From positions 62,682,001-62,746,000 of the forward strand of contig OZ365109.1 of the NCBI GenBank assembly GCA_977030845.1: a DNA stretch of 64,000 bases, read 5' to 3'. The notes under the pieces were generated by a model. That model had not been told where the DNA came from and made no database searches. It was given only the letters and a program-made list of their open reading frames with translations. Source of the stretch: Fimbriosthenelais zetlandica (lineage: Eukaryota). Both the position numbers and the translations under genes were made by a program. This document shows positions 1 to 13,895 of the stretch, piece by piece (the stretch's first letter is position 1; each line of letters begins with the position of its first letter).

Positions 1-112
1 TTATATAACCATAGAACTGCCTATGTTTTATGAGTTTTATGATATAACATAGGCGCAGTGCGCAGATTATAATGCGGCAATGGGGCAGAACCTAGGTGTC
101 CAGGTGTCAAGG

Positions 113-190
113 TTTTTTTTTTTTTTTTTTTTTTTTTTGGGGGGGGGGGGGGTTGGGGGTTGGGGTGGACCACCCTCCCCCCGCCCCCGG
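113..190. repeat. poly-T (113-138) directly followed by poly-G (139-152) and G/C-rich tracts
   Basis: Homopolymer runs read directly; they account for the spurious FFFF/GGGG ORF at 80-301. Confidence 0.9.
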
Positions 191-858
191 TCGACCATTC
201 CTAGGGCTGGACCGCCTAGTATACACTGTGTACTATACCATATGAAAGCAATTTTATCTCAATCTCTAATGGACAATGACATTTCGTTAATACGGATGTG
301 AATTTAATCGTATTTGCATTCTAGAAGATTACCTTTCTCCAATCTCCCATACATCCCTCTGGGCAAAGGACAGAGGACAGTAGTAATGTGTCCTGAAGAT
401 GGGCCTAATGCACATTTGATGCATTTGGCATGTCAAATTCCAGTCAACTTGTATTTCTCCAAAGCACAGGAGAGAGTCGAATTAGATTAGGCGAGATTCA
501 GAAGGACATAGAGCCAGGAGGAAGGTAAATAATAAATGGGTGGTAATATTTTTAAAGCCCAAGACAAGCATGTGTGATTAAATCCACCTCAGTAAATCGC
601 TTCTGAATGTCATTTTACCCAAGGGGCGTCCTCCAACTAAGTGTCTAAATGAAGGAAATCTAAATAAAATCGGAGCAATTTGTTGATTCATTTAGGATGG
701 CTAAATTTGGAATGCATTGCAGCAGTGCTTCTAAAGCATTGAATTGAAGTTGTGGGAAGTGAGCCTTGCACTGGCAAATTTCTCTGCCAAATGCAGTAGT
801 GTAAATAATGGAAGAAATCCCTTCATCTCTAATACTTAAGCTTTAGCAACGGAGACCT

Positions 859-947
859 GGGTGTTAGCTCAGTTGGTTAGAGCACCAGCTCACTCAGGGT
901 GGTTGACCAATAATCGAAGGGTCGGCGGTTCAATCTCCGGGTTGTCC
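859..947 (+). pseudogene. tRNA-Ile(AAT)-like pseudogene or tRNA-derived SINE head
   Basis: GTTAGCTCAGTTGGTTAGAGC (A-box/D-arm, 863-883), then CAATAATCGAAGGGTCGGCGGTTCAATCTCC (AAT anticodon-like loop and B-box GGTTCAATC, 927-935), resembling eukaryotic tRNA-Ile(AAT). About 20 extra nt lie between D-arm and anticodon and the acceptor stem is poor, so this is not a functional tRNA. Confidence 0.65.
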
Positions 948-3900
948 AAGGCATTTCCAATGCCCCCTCTTCAGGGTGCTCGTGCCTTGTACATAACGTT
1001 CTAGAGCACATGTTTGCGCCTAGAAATATGCATTGCACATAAGATGAAAAAGCTGCACATGGGTGAAACCGTCGTTTTGAAAAATTCCTTATAGAAAGAG
1101 CCATGTGATTATTGTAATCCCACATAGTTTTACTATCAGCAATGCCCTTTGATGTCACAATTTATCCTGCATTATAGGTGGCAATTGTAGAAGGGTGGCA
1201 ATTGTACTGAAGGGAAGCTTTCATCTTTGAAAGATATGGCTTCAAGGTAGATCGCTGATAGGAGAGACCTTTACTCCAGTGACATTCTGACCAGGAGAAT
1301 ACAGAAACCTGCTATATATAATCGTGAAAGCAAAGTATTGTTCTGTGTTGGCATATTCCTCGATGTTTCCATGGAGAAAATGTCAGTGTAATACCTCAGC
1401 ATTGGCTTCCATGCAAGTTGATACCATTGAAAAATACAATCTAACATGATAGGAACATTTTGTTACTTTTAGCCTACCCCTATAGAAATTCTTCAGTGGC
1501 TTTTAGCTCCATATGAAACATTTTGAAGGATCCTTTGAAGAAACGCCTATATTATGCACTGTTGGCCTAACATAAGGGTCAAATGAGAAACACTATTGCG
1601 AATATCACCTTAAATTATGGTGATGAATTCTGTCCATTTGGATATGGGCTCTTGGCCCTGATGGCATGCTCGAGACCTGCTCCAGACATAGCAAATACTC
1701 GAGGTCAAATTATGACTGTCATCACATTGCCCCAGTCATAAATCAGCATGATGAGGCACTGATTGGTACGGTCCACTTCTCCTTATACCCACCCATATTA
1801 TCAGGGGATGTTTAATAATAATATTTTATAAATGCTATGGTTTGTTAAATATCCAAATGAAGTTCAATGCTGATTGAGAACCAGATCCCAATAAGAATTT
1901 GTCCGAGGTTGTTATTTTGATAATTATGTAATTCTTCAATTTGAGACTCAATACCTTCACTGAATTTGATTGCATTGGCCCACCATGCAAAACAAGTGAT
2001 TTTTAAGAAAAACAACCGATCAATCTGGAAATTACAATCTTTCCTATACAAGTAATTTTACAATACTTCGGTGAAAGCAAAACTTTCCACATTAAAATCA
2101 TCAAGCCAAATATGACCGTCCCAAAACTGCTGGCTCATTCGGATGAAAATATTTCCCTATTCAAACAATCCACTAGTTATTTGCTTGAATCCCAATTGCC
2201 TCACACATTGCGGACTGTTTTGATTCCTTGCTTACTTTTTCATACCTCAAATTCTGATTTTATATTCCAGTGAGATGCTGCGGGGTGGTAGAATGAATTA
2301 GGCAGAGGGCAGCAGTCCGGAGATTGACTGGAAGTGAGCTATTGTCACTGCACTCCCTACTAGACATTGGCAGACCTTCTGATTTCCATTCCCTCAAATA
2401 TGTGTGCTTTTCGAAACCCCCACAAGGATTTGCTAGAGCTAACAAAGATGTTCAGGCATACACAACATGGGTGGTTTTCTATCACTTGGTTTATACATCT
2501 TTATAGCCGTTTCTGAATCAGATACCCCCTTGACATTCAAATCCAAAATTGTCCAGACGATCTTATGACACTGCTTTTGTAAGAGCCAACAACATGTCTA
2601 CAGCACACACTTTGGGTCTCCAGGGGATCTATGAAAAGTCATCCATCAAGCGCCAATCTATATACAGACGACTTGGCTCATTCGACAGATCCGATCTATA
2701 GGGGACTGAACCCAATCAGCATGCAGGAAACAAGAAAGAAGGCAATAATTGTGGTGTGGACTCCCTATAAATGACAATTGACTGCAAAGCAATTTATTGT
2801 CTGCATGTGCCCACATAGGTCGTTTCTTTATTCTTCAATTTTAATCCATTTTGTATTATGTGTTTAAGGTACCTTAAGAGAATTCCTGAGAGAATACCTA
2901 TCAACTGAAGCGAAATCATCCACCTCATTTTTCATATCAGACCCATCTTTTATGCCTCTCACATGGATTGTCTCGGATGACATAATCATGCAAGCAATCA
3001 ACAGGTAAGCATAGAGTCCTCTTGAATATTTCAGTATTTTTCTTTTTCTGTGCAATAACCAGATGGAAAGGGAGGTGCAAGCGACAAGTATTTAATGGAA
3101 GAAAGCATATTCAGTTGGTGGTCGAATTTGCTCAGGGTAGTAATAAATTCACATTCAACAGCAGGAACAAGATCTGTGCATGCATATCTTGGCATCCTCA
3201 TGTCCCATTTTTCTTCTCTTGCTCTGCAAACTTGGGCATTAAAGATCACATGCATATCTGGACTGTTGCTAGCTCATCACACCACCATTATTTGTGCCAG
3301 GAACAGACTGGATGAATATTTATAACGATAAAAATAACTTGTATAACAAAGCTGAAATATTATTAAAAGAAAATTAAAAGGCATCTCACTTGATGTTTGG
3401 CGCTCATATGATTTTAAGTTAGATAAATTTCAGACCCCCTTATAGAAAGTGTAGTTGGCACAACTTGCATTAGATTAAATTCTATGCAGCACTGTCCCTG
3501 AGAGCCTTCTATTATAGGCGTGAACATTTGTGTAATGTCTGTACATTCTACTCCCTAGGCAGCCATTTCTCCCTTGAACCTTAAGATATCGCCCTACAGG
3601 AATGGACTATTTCAGATAAGGAGACATCAGAGAAGTTCATGGGCTCAAATGACTGATCTCTATCAATGAACGTTGATGCGAATACACTGGTGCGAGCTCT
3701 GATTCAGATCGTGTGTGGAATTAAAGGATTTCTCTTGTGGGGCTCGTTTCATAACAATTTAGTGACGCACCATAATTATTAGCCCACCTTGTCCTGGAGT
3801 TTAATGTAGCACATTTTTCTACTGGAACCGGCCCCATGATAGTAGCGCCAGGCGTGGCATTCATGTATACACCTCATGCAATGATGAATATGGAGTCATG

Positions 3901-6900
3901 GCCTTAACTATCTGTATGCTTTTTGTACCGGAAGTTACATCGAAGTATCAAGAAAGATACTGATATATGAAGATGCCACTGAAGGCTAAATTATACATGT
4001 ATGTAAAAATTGGAAAAAATTGCAAAAAAATATATTTTCATTGCACGAATTCATAATAAATATTTGTAGGATGGTGTATAGTCCTATTATAGCTTAAGAA
4101 AGCTAGACTCCTTCCTCAGTCTGATTGGTTCGGACATTCCATAGTAATGAAACATTTTGAAACCACGAACGTTCAACAACTGTGACAAAGCACATTAATT
4201 TTGCCAATGGCTCATGACATTTCGCTCATCGTTGATGTAATGTCACGATTATATACATAAGTTTAGATTTAGATGTGAATCTGTTTTGGCTAGACTAAGT
4301 ATCAACAATTCATCCACCGATCTTAATTGTTTTACTGAATTGCTAAATCACTGCGTCTTTTAATCTGCATTTAGCAAAGCTTGTCGAGATGTCCTTTGTG
4401 ACCTATATACAATGTGTTTATTGACTTTTTCCTCTTTTGTGAGCAGACTCTGGCAAGTGGACGTCTGGCCTCCTCTGACCTTTCTATCTAATTCTCATTT
4501 TTTCCACTCCCAGTTCGTTTGTCTTGCCTGAGTAAACATGACCATGAATACTTTTTATCGAAAACTTTATAAAAGGGCTTAGTGCACCGAGTTTTCAACA
4601 AGGATTTTGGAGATAATTAAACAACAGCGATTTTGAGATTAATATTTAGCTTATAATAAATAGGTTACAGCATTATTATTACGTTTTCATAGTATGTAAC
4701 ATTTCAAACAAGAGTGACTAGTACCCTCCAAGTATCACCAGTGAGTAGTCTACACTGTCCCGACAGAAAATTTCGTCAAATTTCTCATCTCGTTTCTTGA
4801 GTATATCAGAAGCCCTCATTTGTTGCTCGTCAAGAGACTGACCGGGCACTTCATGGTAGGAACATAAAGTGTTGATGCTTTTCATTGATTAAACAATATC
4901 TGAAGAAAGCAATAAAACCCCGGGCCTTTCGCCATATTGCTCAATAAAAAACCTATTTGTTACATTGGCATAGAGAGCACACCCTGGCTCTCACCACAAT
5001 AGTATCTGTGGGCCTGAGGACAAAATTGGCTTTTTTATGACTCCATTCCTACCAGGCTATGTACTTTAGCAAATTAACACCAAGTACTTAGCCATTACGT
5101 GTGATCATTGCGAACCAACAAAAATCCAGGCCCCTTGAGATATTACTCTTTCCTCTCAGCAGGTTTTTCAGTCCTGTAGGAAGTCTCTTCCTACCCAAGA
5201 GGCAGCTGTGGTTAATCTAAAAAATGTCTGCATGTAAAACCTAATCTTTTCCAGTAAAACGGCTGGATAATGACACATTATGTTTAATCTGTTCCTACTT
5301 AAGGTGTCGGAAATCCTCAGCAGTGTCGAACTAAGAAGCGGCTTGCATGAGACTTGCGTAGACAAAACTGTGGACTATTATACTCTATTTCGGTGTTGGC
5401 GTCCGATCCTTCGAACGACTAGTTTCAGGGTATACGTGATTGCACCTTTCGATGAGCATTTGATACGAATTCACCATCATAATCTTATGTATATAAACAT
5501 GTCTATCAGATCCAGCACCTGAGAGGACCTACCACATGGCCATGAGATTTTTAACCAACTGTCAATTCGTCTAATTCGCATCAGAGCATCGTCATATTTC
5601 AGCATTTTCCAGGAGAGAGAAGAACTGAATATAATAATTTCTTAAAGTTATGAATTTAAAGCAGTTCAGCTAAAACTGATAATTGGTCTCCTGGGTGAAT
5701 AAAATACATCATTTCATGCCAATTAGGCTGACAAATGAATTCAAAATGTGATTTAATATTTCCATGGGTTTTCTCCAACGAACCAATTAAAGGCCTTCAG
5801 ATGCTTAAAAGGATTTTCATAGATTATAAAAATAATTTACGGTATATCTGGCTGTTTCCCTGAGAACTTACTGGATCACTAGTATTAACTCGGTCTTTTT
5901 GTAAGAGCATTTTTTCTATCCCCTAAAGACTGACTTTGGGATTGAGAAAGGAGATATAACCTTCACAAGAAGGATGCAATCTGTCTGGGAATTCTGTTAC
6001 ATTCTAAGACTGCACACGGCTAAGCCAGCAAACTGAAAAAGACTAACAGCTTGGGGAGCACAGGAGGGATCAAATGGCTCTAAGGGGACATTCTCGTGTT
6101 AAGGTTGGGCATCCCACGTTAGAGGAGTGTGTGATAGAGAGATGTATCTATGGCAAATACTGGGTTGGTAGAGGAAATGTTGGCAAAGGCATTATAATGG
6201 TGATATGCCTGATGTACCCCAGTCTCAATCACCATTAGTCTGAAAGCAGGCAGATAGTAAGGGGGCAAAAGGCAGTCCAACTTCATAACTCACACCTCTA
6301 GAACAGATTCACTGCTTAGTATAGAGCCAGGGTTGCACTGAGCAATCGGTCGCTCTGAGTAATCAGTCACATTTAATGGTAGCTCAAATGTTGTTTTATT
6401 TCTTCCCATGCGTCAGTTTCCTCTGATCCAAATCTGAAGGAAATCGGTTAACAAGGTGACGGTCATCAGATCTGATGATTTAATATCGGGGTAAGAGAAA
6501 ACGTTTTAAGTCTGATGGCTCAGTGCCACCCCAGCATATGGGCAAATACTCACTCTAAATGGTCAGGCTATTACTCGTATTAGTAAGATCCGGCAGTAAT
6601 GGTCAGATGCCAACAGGGTCATTTTTAGTCGTAGCAAACCACCAACCGGTAAATCGAATGCTTGCAGATTTGTTGTAGTGAGGGACAACATGCCATTTGT
6701 ACAGTTGACCATAATCCAACATAAGGCAACTCTCTTAGGTGAATTAATTCTGCGGGAATTATTATGGACAGAGTCGATTCTCCTAGACCAAGCATTTGTG
6801 TAAGCTCTTTCATACCCTATTAGACTACGTCCCAATCAGGCCATTCATTATATAACAACGTCTATGGTTATACAATGACCAGAATGCTTGAAATGAAAGA

Positions 6901-7299
6901 AAGCGCCATATTGAAAATGTAGAAAGATCTTATAAGCATTGGCATTTTTACTTCACTACTAAGCAGTAATATTGTTTGGTAATTAAATTTGCAATGAATA
7001 TGCCAATGACAAAATCAGCTTGATCAGCCTTTCGTACATACATGTATATCCATCATAATACAGAATAGAAAGAGAGGAGTACTTGTCCCAGAAGGATGAT
7101 TATAGATGGATTTTCTATGCCATATGTTTGGGTCCCATCTCCTTTCCCCTAGGTCACGCTTCCGATTGTGTATCTACGCATTAGAAGGTGTGGGATTCAG
7201 TCAAGATAAAGTGCTCACCTTTGTAATGTACCATCTGTGATCTTGTTTCTATACATAAAAAATATAGAAGTGGTATCTTTAGAAAAGTGACATAATTAA

Positions 7300-7950
7300 A
7301 TCATCTGATTTTGGTACATTAGTTGGATACCTATCAGCGATCATTGCCTGGTGATTCTCGCAGTGATTCTTGCACATGAAGTTTGTCTAAAAGACCATCA
7401 TCTGCAAGTGCATCAGTTGCCGCCAGAAAACGATATGTTGCCAGAATCGGAAAGCAAAAGCATGCAGTTGTCATCAGTTATATCTAATTGATATAATTTT
7501 GATTGATCTCTGCTTCGTAGGGTCACATCTACGGAAATATAGGACAATGGCTTGTTGCTGGCCATTGGCCGTCATTAGGCCTATTGATAGCCGGGGGGTA
7601 CATGCGGGTCCACATTATGCTAAGGGAGATGCCAATTGCTTGTTTTTGCCGTCCAATTCTGGCAACATATCAACATATTCGGGCAGCACTTGCAGATGAT
7701 AGTCTTGTGGACAAGCTTCATGTGCAAGAATCACTGCAAGATTCACCAGGCAATGATCCCTGCTAGACATGCAATTAATGTACCAGGTCTTTTGAGAAAT
7801 CAACTAGATATTCATGACTTGCAATTCATGCAAAGTACCATACCTATGTTTTCCCATGCCTCCCCACATAGAAGGGGGCTGGAGTTACAGATGTCCAGTC
7901 ACCTACATAGACTGGAGTGCATGCGGGTCCACAAATGTATAGGTATACTG
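7300..7950. repeat. Unidentified ~250-300-bp repeat family, locus A: two copies in inverted orientation
   Basis: Core TGCAAGAATCACTGCAAGAWTCACCAGGCAATGATCC on the minus strand at ~7340-7375 and on the plus strand at ~7723-7760; flanking similarity about 80% by eye. Confidence 0.85.
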
Positions 7951-10900
7951 TCAAGACTCTATGAAAAGACTGCATAATTATCTATCATTGGTCTGTTTGT
8001 CTTAACCTTTGTCTTATTCAAAGAATGATGATTTAATGTGTTTTCTTTTCTTTTGAGAAGTAGCGAAATTCTCAGCTGTAAAATCCCTTTATATTAAAAA
8101 TTGAAAAATTCAATTTGAAAAGGGCTGACATTCGTTAAGTTCTTTGCAAACTTTTTCCAAATTTCCCCAATCATGATTTGCCATTTGAATTTAATCCTAA
8201 AGGTGACTTGACACCTCACATTTTAACGACATCATTTGGGATTCATTTAAATTTTAACACGAGATGAAATGCTACATAAAATTCAGCTTGGTCTCCAATT
8301 GAACCTCTTTGATCTCCCATTTTCATAAAATCTCTCCCATGATTAGGATCAAATACCATTGGCTTACACTCTGACAGTTTCGATTTTTCTCTCTGCGTGT
8401 CATCCTTTTTTCGGGGAAAACGGTTTGATTTCGGGTGAAGCTATTATATAGACTGACTCCAAATTCAACACTCTGTCATAGTATTTGTCTCCGTTGCCCA
8501 TGTTACCAATATTTACCATATAGAATGTAGGCAGTAGGTAAATCCGTGTCACAAGTCACAAGAAGTCGACGGCGGGAAGTCTGCTGTCTACATAAAAAGT
8601 CCATTTTTAGCAGGCAGAGAAGTACCATGGCCAACAGAATGATCACTCATTTGTCAGATGAAGCTTTACCCTATACCGTCTATAGCTAGTTCCAATATTA
8701 TCGCATATGACAAAAACTTACCCTGATTGTCTCACTTTTCCAGCACTGTTTGCCATTATATGCATCTTTTCAATGGCCAAGGCTCCAGTCTGTCCACTAG
8801 AATGATGGGCATATTTTGTGACAATAGCAATGACTAATTTGTCATGTTGTAGCTAGAAACAGCCTTGATGAATTACTACAAACCATGAATTGTAGCTTGT
8901 TTTATGAGAACAATGTGAAGCTTTGTTTTCCCTCATCTTCTTTGCATATCTTTGTAGAAGTTTGAATTATTTATAAATGTCTCTGATATACGTGTATACT
9001 GTACTTTATAAAGAAATTGCAAATTACAACATGGGAAACATTTGCAAAAACCGAGGTCTGCAACATTAAGCGTACAATAATTGTTGGATAGTCATTTGAC
9101 AATAATGACTATAACAAAACCATGTATACATGCATGTATCTAAACAACAGTTAGGAAACAGTTTGTTCCTATTATGTGCTTATGATTAATGTGTAGGCAC
9201 GTGTTGTCACATGCCTATAAATCACAATAGCGACATCACAATGGTAATAGTCGCACTTAGGCTGAGCTCAGTTGTCTTCCTGATGAATTGGAAAATGTCA
9301 TGAAAGACCAGGAAGAGCCAATCTAAAACATTATAATGGCAGGAGTCTATATATAGGACAGCTGAAACCCACATCATAAAACACATATCTTCATAGACAT
9401 AACATGCAGGTTTTGGGAATCCTTTCAATCACCTGAACACAATATCCCGCCATCGCTCTTCTTCTTTAAAAATCTCGACCTAGCTGCTGTGAGGACTCAG
9501 ATCCTTATACCAGCATTTAACAATCTAAACCCCTCTTCGCAACATTCCTCACAGATTCTCTCTTCCAAGTTCAGTTTGCCAAATGCATCGATCCAATGAA
9601 CTCGGACGACCTATATATTGACTTTCTATAGTTTCCTCGCTCTCGGAGAGCAAAGTCCTCTAAACTCAATGTTCCCAAACTCTTTGTTAGATATGTATTG
9701 ATAGATATTTTAACAGAGTTGTTTCCCAATCCTCTTATTACATCCGGTGAACTAACACTGTTTCCGAATCCATTTAGGCTCTATAATGGACTTCCTCTGC
9801 CTCTGACCACGTCGGAGACCAATTATGTACATTTATACTGGCTTAGTACAGTAAATTTACCCTGGATATTGAACTTTTCAGGAAAATATTGTCTCCGGAT
9901 GTATTACAGACCTAATATCGGGCTGTCAGATGTTACGCAGATGTAATTATATTAAGTAATTAGTGGGTGACATAGACGGTTTCCACGGACAAGTAGTGCA
10001 CCAATGTCTCATATATCTCATATCATGGAGGCATATCTCATGTTGTGTTATGTCTTGAATTGATTGAGCCTAATTTGCATAATTATTAATTCTTTATTGT
10101 ATAAACTAACCTGATTTTTATTGTAGGCCAGTTAATTTATGTACCTCCTGTCCAAATACAGAACATAAGAAACCTAGACGTAGATAACATTTAAAACCAA
10201 ATGCATCAGACTCTCAGGTTTGCATTCATTTTAATCCATAATATTATGTCAATAACCTCTGATTTCTGTTGTCACTTGAGGCCTGGGTCAGCTATTGCGA
10301 GGAAAATGTCAATGGGACGGTCAGCAGCAAAAGCAGAAATGGTCATCAGTTGATTGATGACCCATCCAGTATGTCCTCAAGATAAGCCGGGATCCTATCT
10401 ATCAGTCATTCTGGTGAGAAAGCAATAGCCCCTCCACCTAACCAACATTTGACAAGAGGAATGCTTCCCACAATAGAGGGCCTCTCCATTCCCCCAATGG
10501 TAAGTGCCCTTTAACTCTCCTAGATTGATAGGAATTGCTCAGAGGGATCGAGTTGCTCGATCAGAAAATAGAAATGCATAGACCTAATGATGGAATAATT
10601 ACTGACCTAATTCAATTCACTGGTATACTGATATCACTTTCAGGAATGGTTTAGTTGAATCTGTCTTTAAGGCCATGCATCCACGAACCAGGGAACTTTT
10701 AAAGACTTACAGTATAAAGCATTTCACCTTAGAAGATGGTATATTCTTATTAACAAAAGTAAGTTAATTGATTCCACTTAATCTCCGAAGTAAGTGCGGG
10801 GTTCTGTAAAGAATGTTGCCCAACTTAAATGAAAAGGAGTTTGATTTTAATCAGGTAATAAAAATACATGAAGCATTCATTTCCAATTACTTTGAAATCG

Positions 10901-11009
10901 CATGTACTTAAATCTTTTGCAAACCTGATGTGTCAAATTCATGGCTAATGGCTAATTCATGGGACCATCTGATTCAGTCTTGAGGTATATAGTACAATAC
11001 CATCAATAA

Positions 11010-11700
11010 TTGTAGACAGGATGCAGTTGCAAGAATCATTGCAAGACTTGCAAGGCAATGATCTCTGGTAGGTACCCAATTAGAATACCAGCTCATTAAT
11101 GAAATCCACTAGATATTCATGACTTGCAATTCTTGCAAAGTTTCATATAATTATTATGTGTCCTCAAATGTCTCCCCACACAGGAGAGGAAGGGACGATT
11201 CCGATTCTTGTGACTTTTGATATTCTGGCAGCAATACATGCGTGCTTGTCATTGATGGTATTGTAGAAAGTTCCATTTGAAAGAATTACTGCAAGAATCA
11301 ACATCCACCAGAATATTCATGAATTGCAATTCTTGGAAACATGCATGCCTGTGTCCGCCAATGTTTCTCTATGCATACACAGGAGGGGAGGGGGCGGGAG
11401 CTACTAACAGTATCTGATGTTGTCTACACGGAAATGCTGACTCTTGCCTTACGATTCTTGTGACTTTCATATTCTGGCAGCAAAAGCTGCAGTTATGATT
11501 GATGATTTTGTAGAAAAACTTCATTTGCAAGAATCACTGCAAGAATTAGAAGGCAATGATCCCCATGCAGTGGGTACCCTATTAATGTACCAGGCCAATA
11601 GTGACATCCTCCATAATATTCATGGATTGCAATTCTTGCTAAGTTGCATACTTGTGTCCGACAATACTTCTCCACACAGGATGGGAGGGGACGAAAGTAT
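11010..11700 (+). repeat. Same repeat family, locus B: three tandem diverged copies
   Basis: Core at ~11028, ~11280 (degenerate) and 11526, each followed by ATATTCATGAxTTGCAATTCTTG and CACACAGGA motifs. Confidence 0.85.
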
Positions 11701-13621
11701 TAGACTATATTTGTATTATACTAATTGAAGAAGTATTGTCCAACCGTTTTTAGATACATATCCCAGAGTCAAGACTACATTATTCATGTAACGATTATGG
11801 TAAGTGCGACATTATGTCAAGGCAAATAGTGTTTTGCAGGTTGGATAATTATGCCACAGGTCGGCTGTGATGCATGTGTGTTGGGTTGGCCTAATTCATG
11901 TAAGATCCATATATCATTTGAACATTCTGCAGTTAAAAATCAAGGAGGAATAATGTACATACATGTGTATTTACGTAAATATGTCCTGGGCACTCAGATT
12001 AAGTAGGACTTCTGTAGTATTTACTTTATAATGGCTACAATCTCTGATAAGTCGAGTTGGTTTTGAGAGTGCCTTATTTTGACAATCAATCATGCCATTA
12101 ATCAACAGTTAACCTTGAAAAAGGACATGTCAGGTGCAATATTCATTAACGTCATTTGACATGATGTTTTGTGCCTCTGGTCATTTGTGAGGGTGATTTC
12201 AGGGCAAACGTCAATGTCCAATGGAAGGAACCTCCCTTCCATTTGTTCAGTAATAATAATAAAAGTCACTAAACATAGTGTGATTGAGACCTTTAATGAT
12301 ATTATTGCGTGTCGTACACATGTTACATGTACTTCGTCAAAACATTATAAATTTATGAGGACCTGCATCTTAATGGCTTATTCATCTGTTTCCTCCTACA
12401 GATGAGAGCAAAAAAACTACGTGAATGTACCAATGAAAGGTATTGTTTTTTTGGAACGAAAAATAGTTAGAATGTTTGTTGTTTTTTTAAAATCTGTCCA
12501 TGACAATTATACATTAGTTTTTAAACACTGGATCGTGGGCAATTACTCTCTAGAATTAAATACCTAATTGTCACGCAAAATAATCCATCATCTTCCCGCA
12601 TGGGAGGCATAGATTATGCGATTTGTTCTTTTTCTTGAAAAAGATCCCATGATGGAAGCCTAGTCATCAAGACTATTTATCTAAGGATTCTTACTTTTTG
12701 TCCATTATACATAGTTTAAATACAGAAGTAGATCTAAGTCCGCAGTATAGTGCACTATCAACCCGCAGTGGGAGAAGTGGGACATTGAGAGGCAGCATTT
12801 GCGGGAATGTCTTGCAAGTCTATATCGGTTGTTGCCAGAGTATAGGGACATACTGCATGCGTGGCGCAAATAGAAATTTACAGTACCGGCAATGAAAAAT
12901 ATTCAGTGGAGCTACTGAATGAATCGTCCCCAGGATTCCCCTTGATCCCATGGTCAAAATGCAACCTGACATCAATACAGTACGGTTCTCTTTTGGGGTC
13001 CTCTGCCTCTTTAATTATGCACAAGAGGTGACAACAGATCCTGCATTGCTTTCATTTTTGGAAATTCTATTCGAAAATTCAATATTCAAAGTCAATTTAA
13101 ATCCAGATAAATCAATTTTATATTAATTTCATGGAAATTTACAAATGCCGAGTCAGGTTATCCAGGGAAGATACAATCACTGCACGTCCTTGGCAATCAT
13201 GAAAACACAAAATAACGTCCTTCTTTTTCCATGAAGGAATAAATTTACATGTAAAATATTTCACTAACAAATCAAATTACAAGATATCATGACCCGAGTG
13301 AAAAGGAAATATGATTTAATTATACTTTAAAAAAGTTGACTGGAATGTGAAGAAGGAACAATTACACCACAATGACCCACCCGATTAAATGGGCATGAAA
13401 AAAGAGTTGGTCAATGAAAATAAAATCAGATATCAGTAATGTGCCATTACAATTTCCTGTGTAACAAGTTTCATAGGTTAATAAAGTGATGCACAATAAC
13501 CTACCCCTGGGCAATGGGCGAAACAGGTGAGGTATGGTAATTAACTAATTATTTATTTTCATCATAATTCTTTAATTTCTTCAGTTAAATTATGCTTGTG
13601 ACATTGAGCCCTATGCTCTTT

Positions 13622-13705
13622 TACAGTCTGTTCACTCTAAGTTGATCCGAAACCACCATACATATGTACTGTAGTTTCGGATCAACTTAGAATGAACAGA
13701 CTGTA
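13622..13705. mobile_element. 80-bp Tc1/mariner-like MITE or hairpin (TA-CAG...CTG-TA)
   Basis: 34-bp arms 13622-13655 and 13672-13705 with 2 mismatches and a 16-nt loop; ends read TA|CAGTCTG...CAGACTG|TA. Confidence 0.7.
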
Positions 13706-13719
13706 TATATATTAGTGCT

Positions 13720-13895
13720 GCCTGACTGATATCTCACCCTGTCGCATATTATCCTGACACCAGTCCGAACAGTCCTAGCACTAACTTATTACTGCTGAGT
13801 ATCAAGCGAGGGAGCCACTACTACTAATTTAAAAAGGCTCTACTACCTGTCGAGTTTTTGGTTTTACCAGGCCGGTTCGAACCTGCAGCATGCGA
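13720..13895 (-). mobile_element. Degenerate SINE fragment (MetaSINE-like core, B-box)
   Basis: Minus strand has GGTTCGAACC (B-box) and GTCAGGATAATATG...GGCAGCACTAAT, similar to the SINE at 14558-14730. Confidence 0.5.

Noticed and set aside
6563-6835. ORF with RRID and SDHY words
   Set aside because: Spacing is too long for an APE endonuclease and there is no supporting context.
9420-9830. Minus-strand decayed frame ...VHWIDAFGKLNLEERICEEC..., faintly like an NTPase Walker B region
   Set aside because: Several stops, no Walker A found; similarity too weak to call.
10405-10504. Perfect donor ATG|GTAAGT after a short open frame
   Set aside because: No convincing acceptor or partner exon.
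12751-12873. Protein-like 40-codon stretch (NPQWEKWDIERQHLRECLASLYRLLPEYRDILHAWRK*)
   Set aside because: Isolated and unrecognised, with a weak acceptor; cannot be distinguished from a chance or ancient TE fragment.
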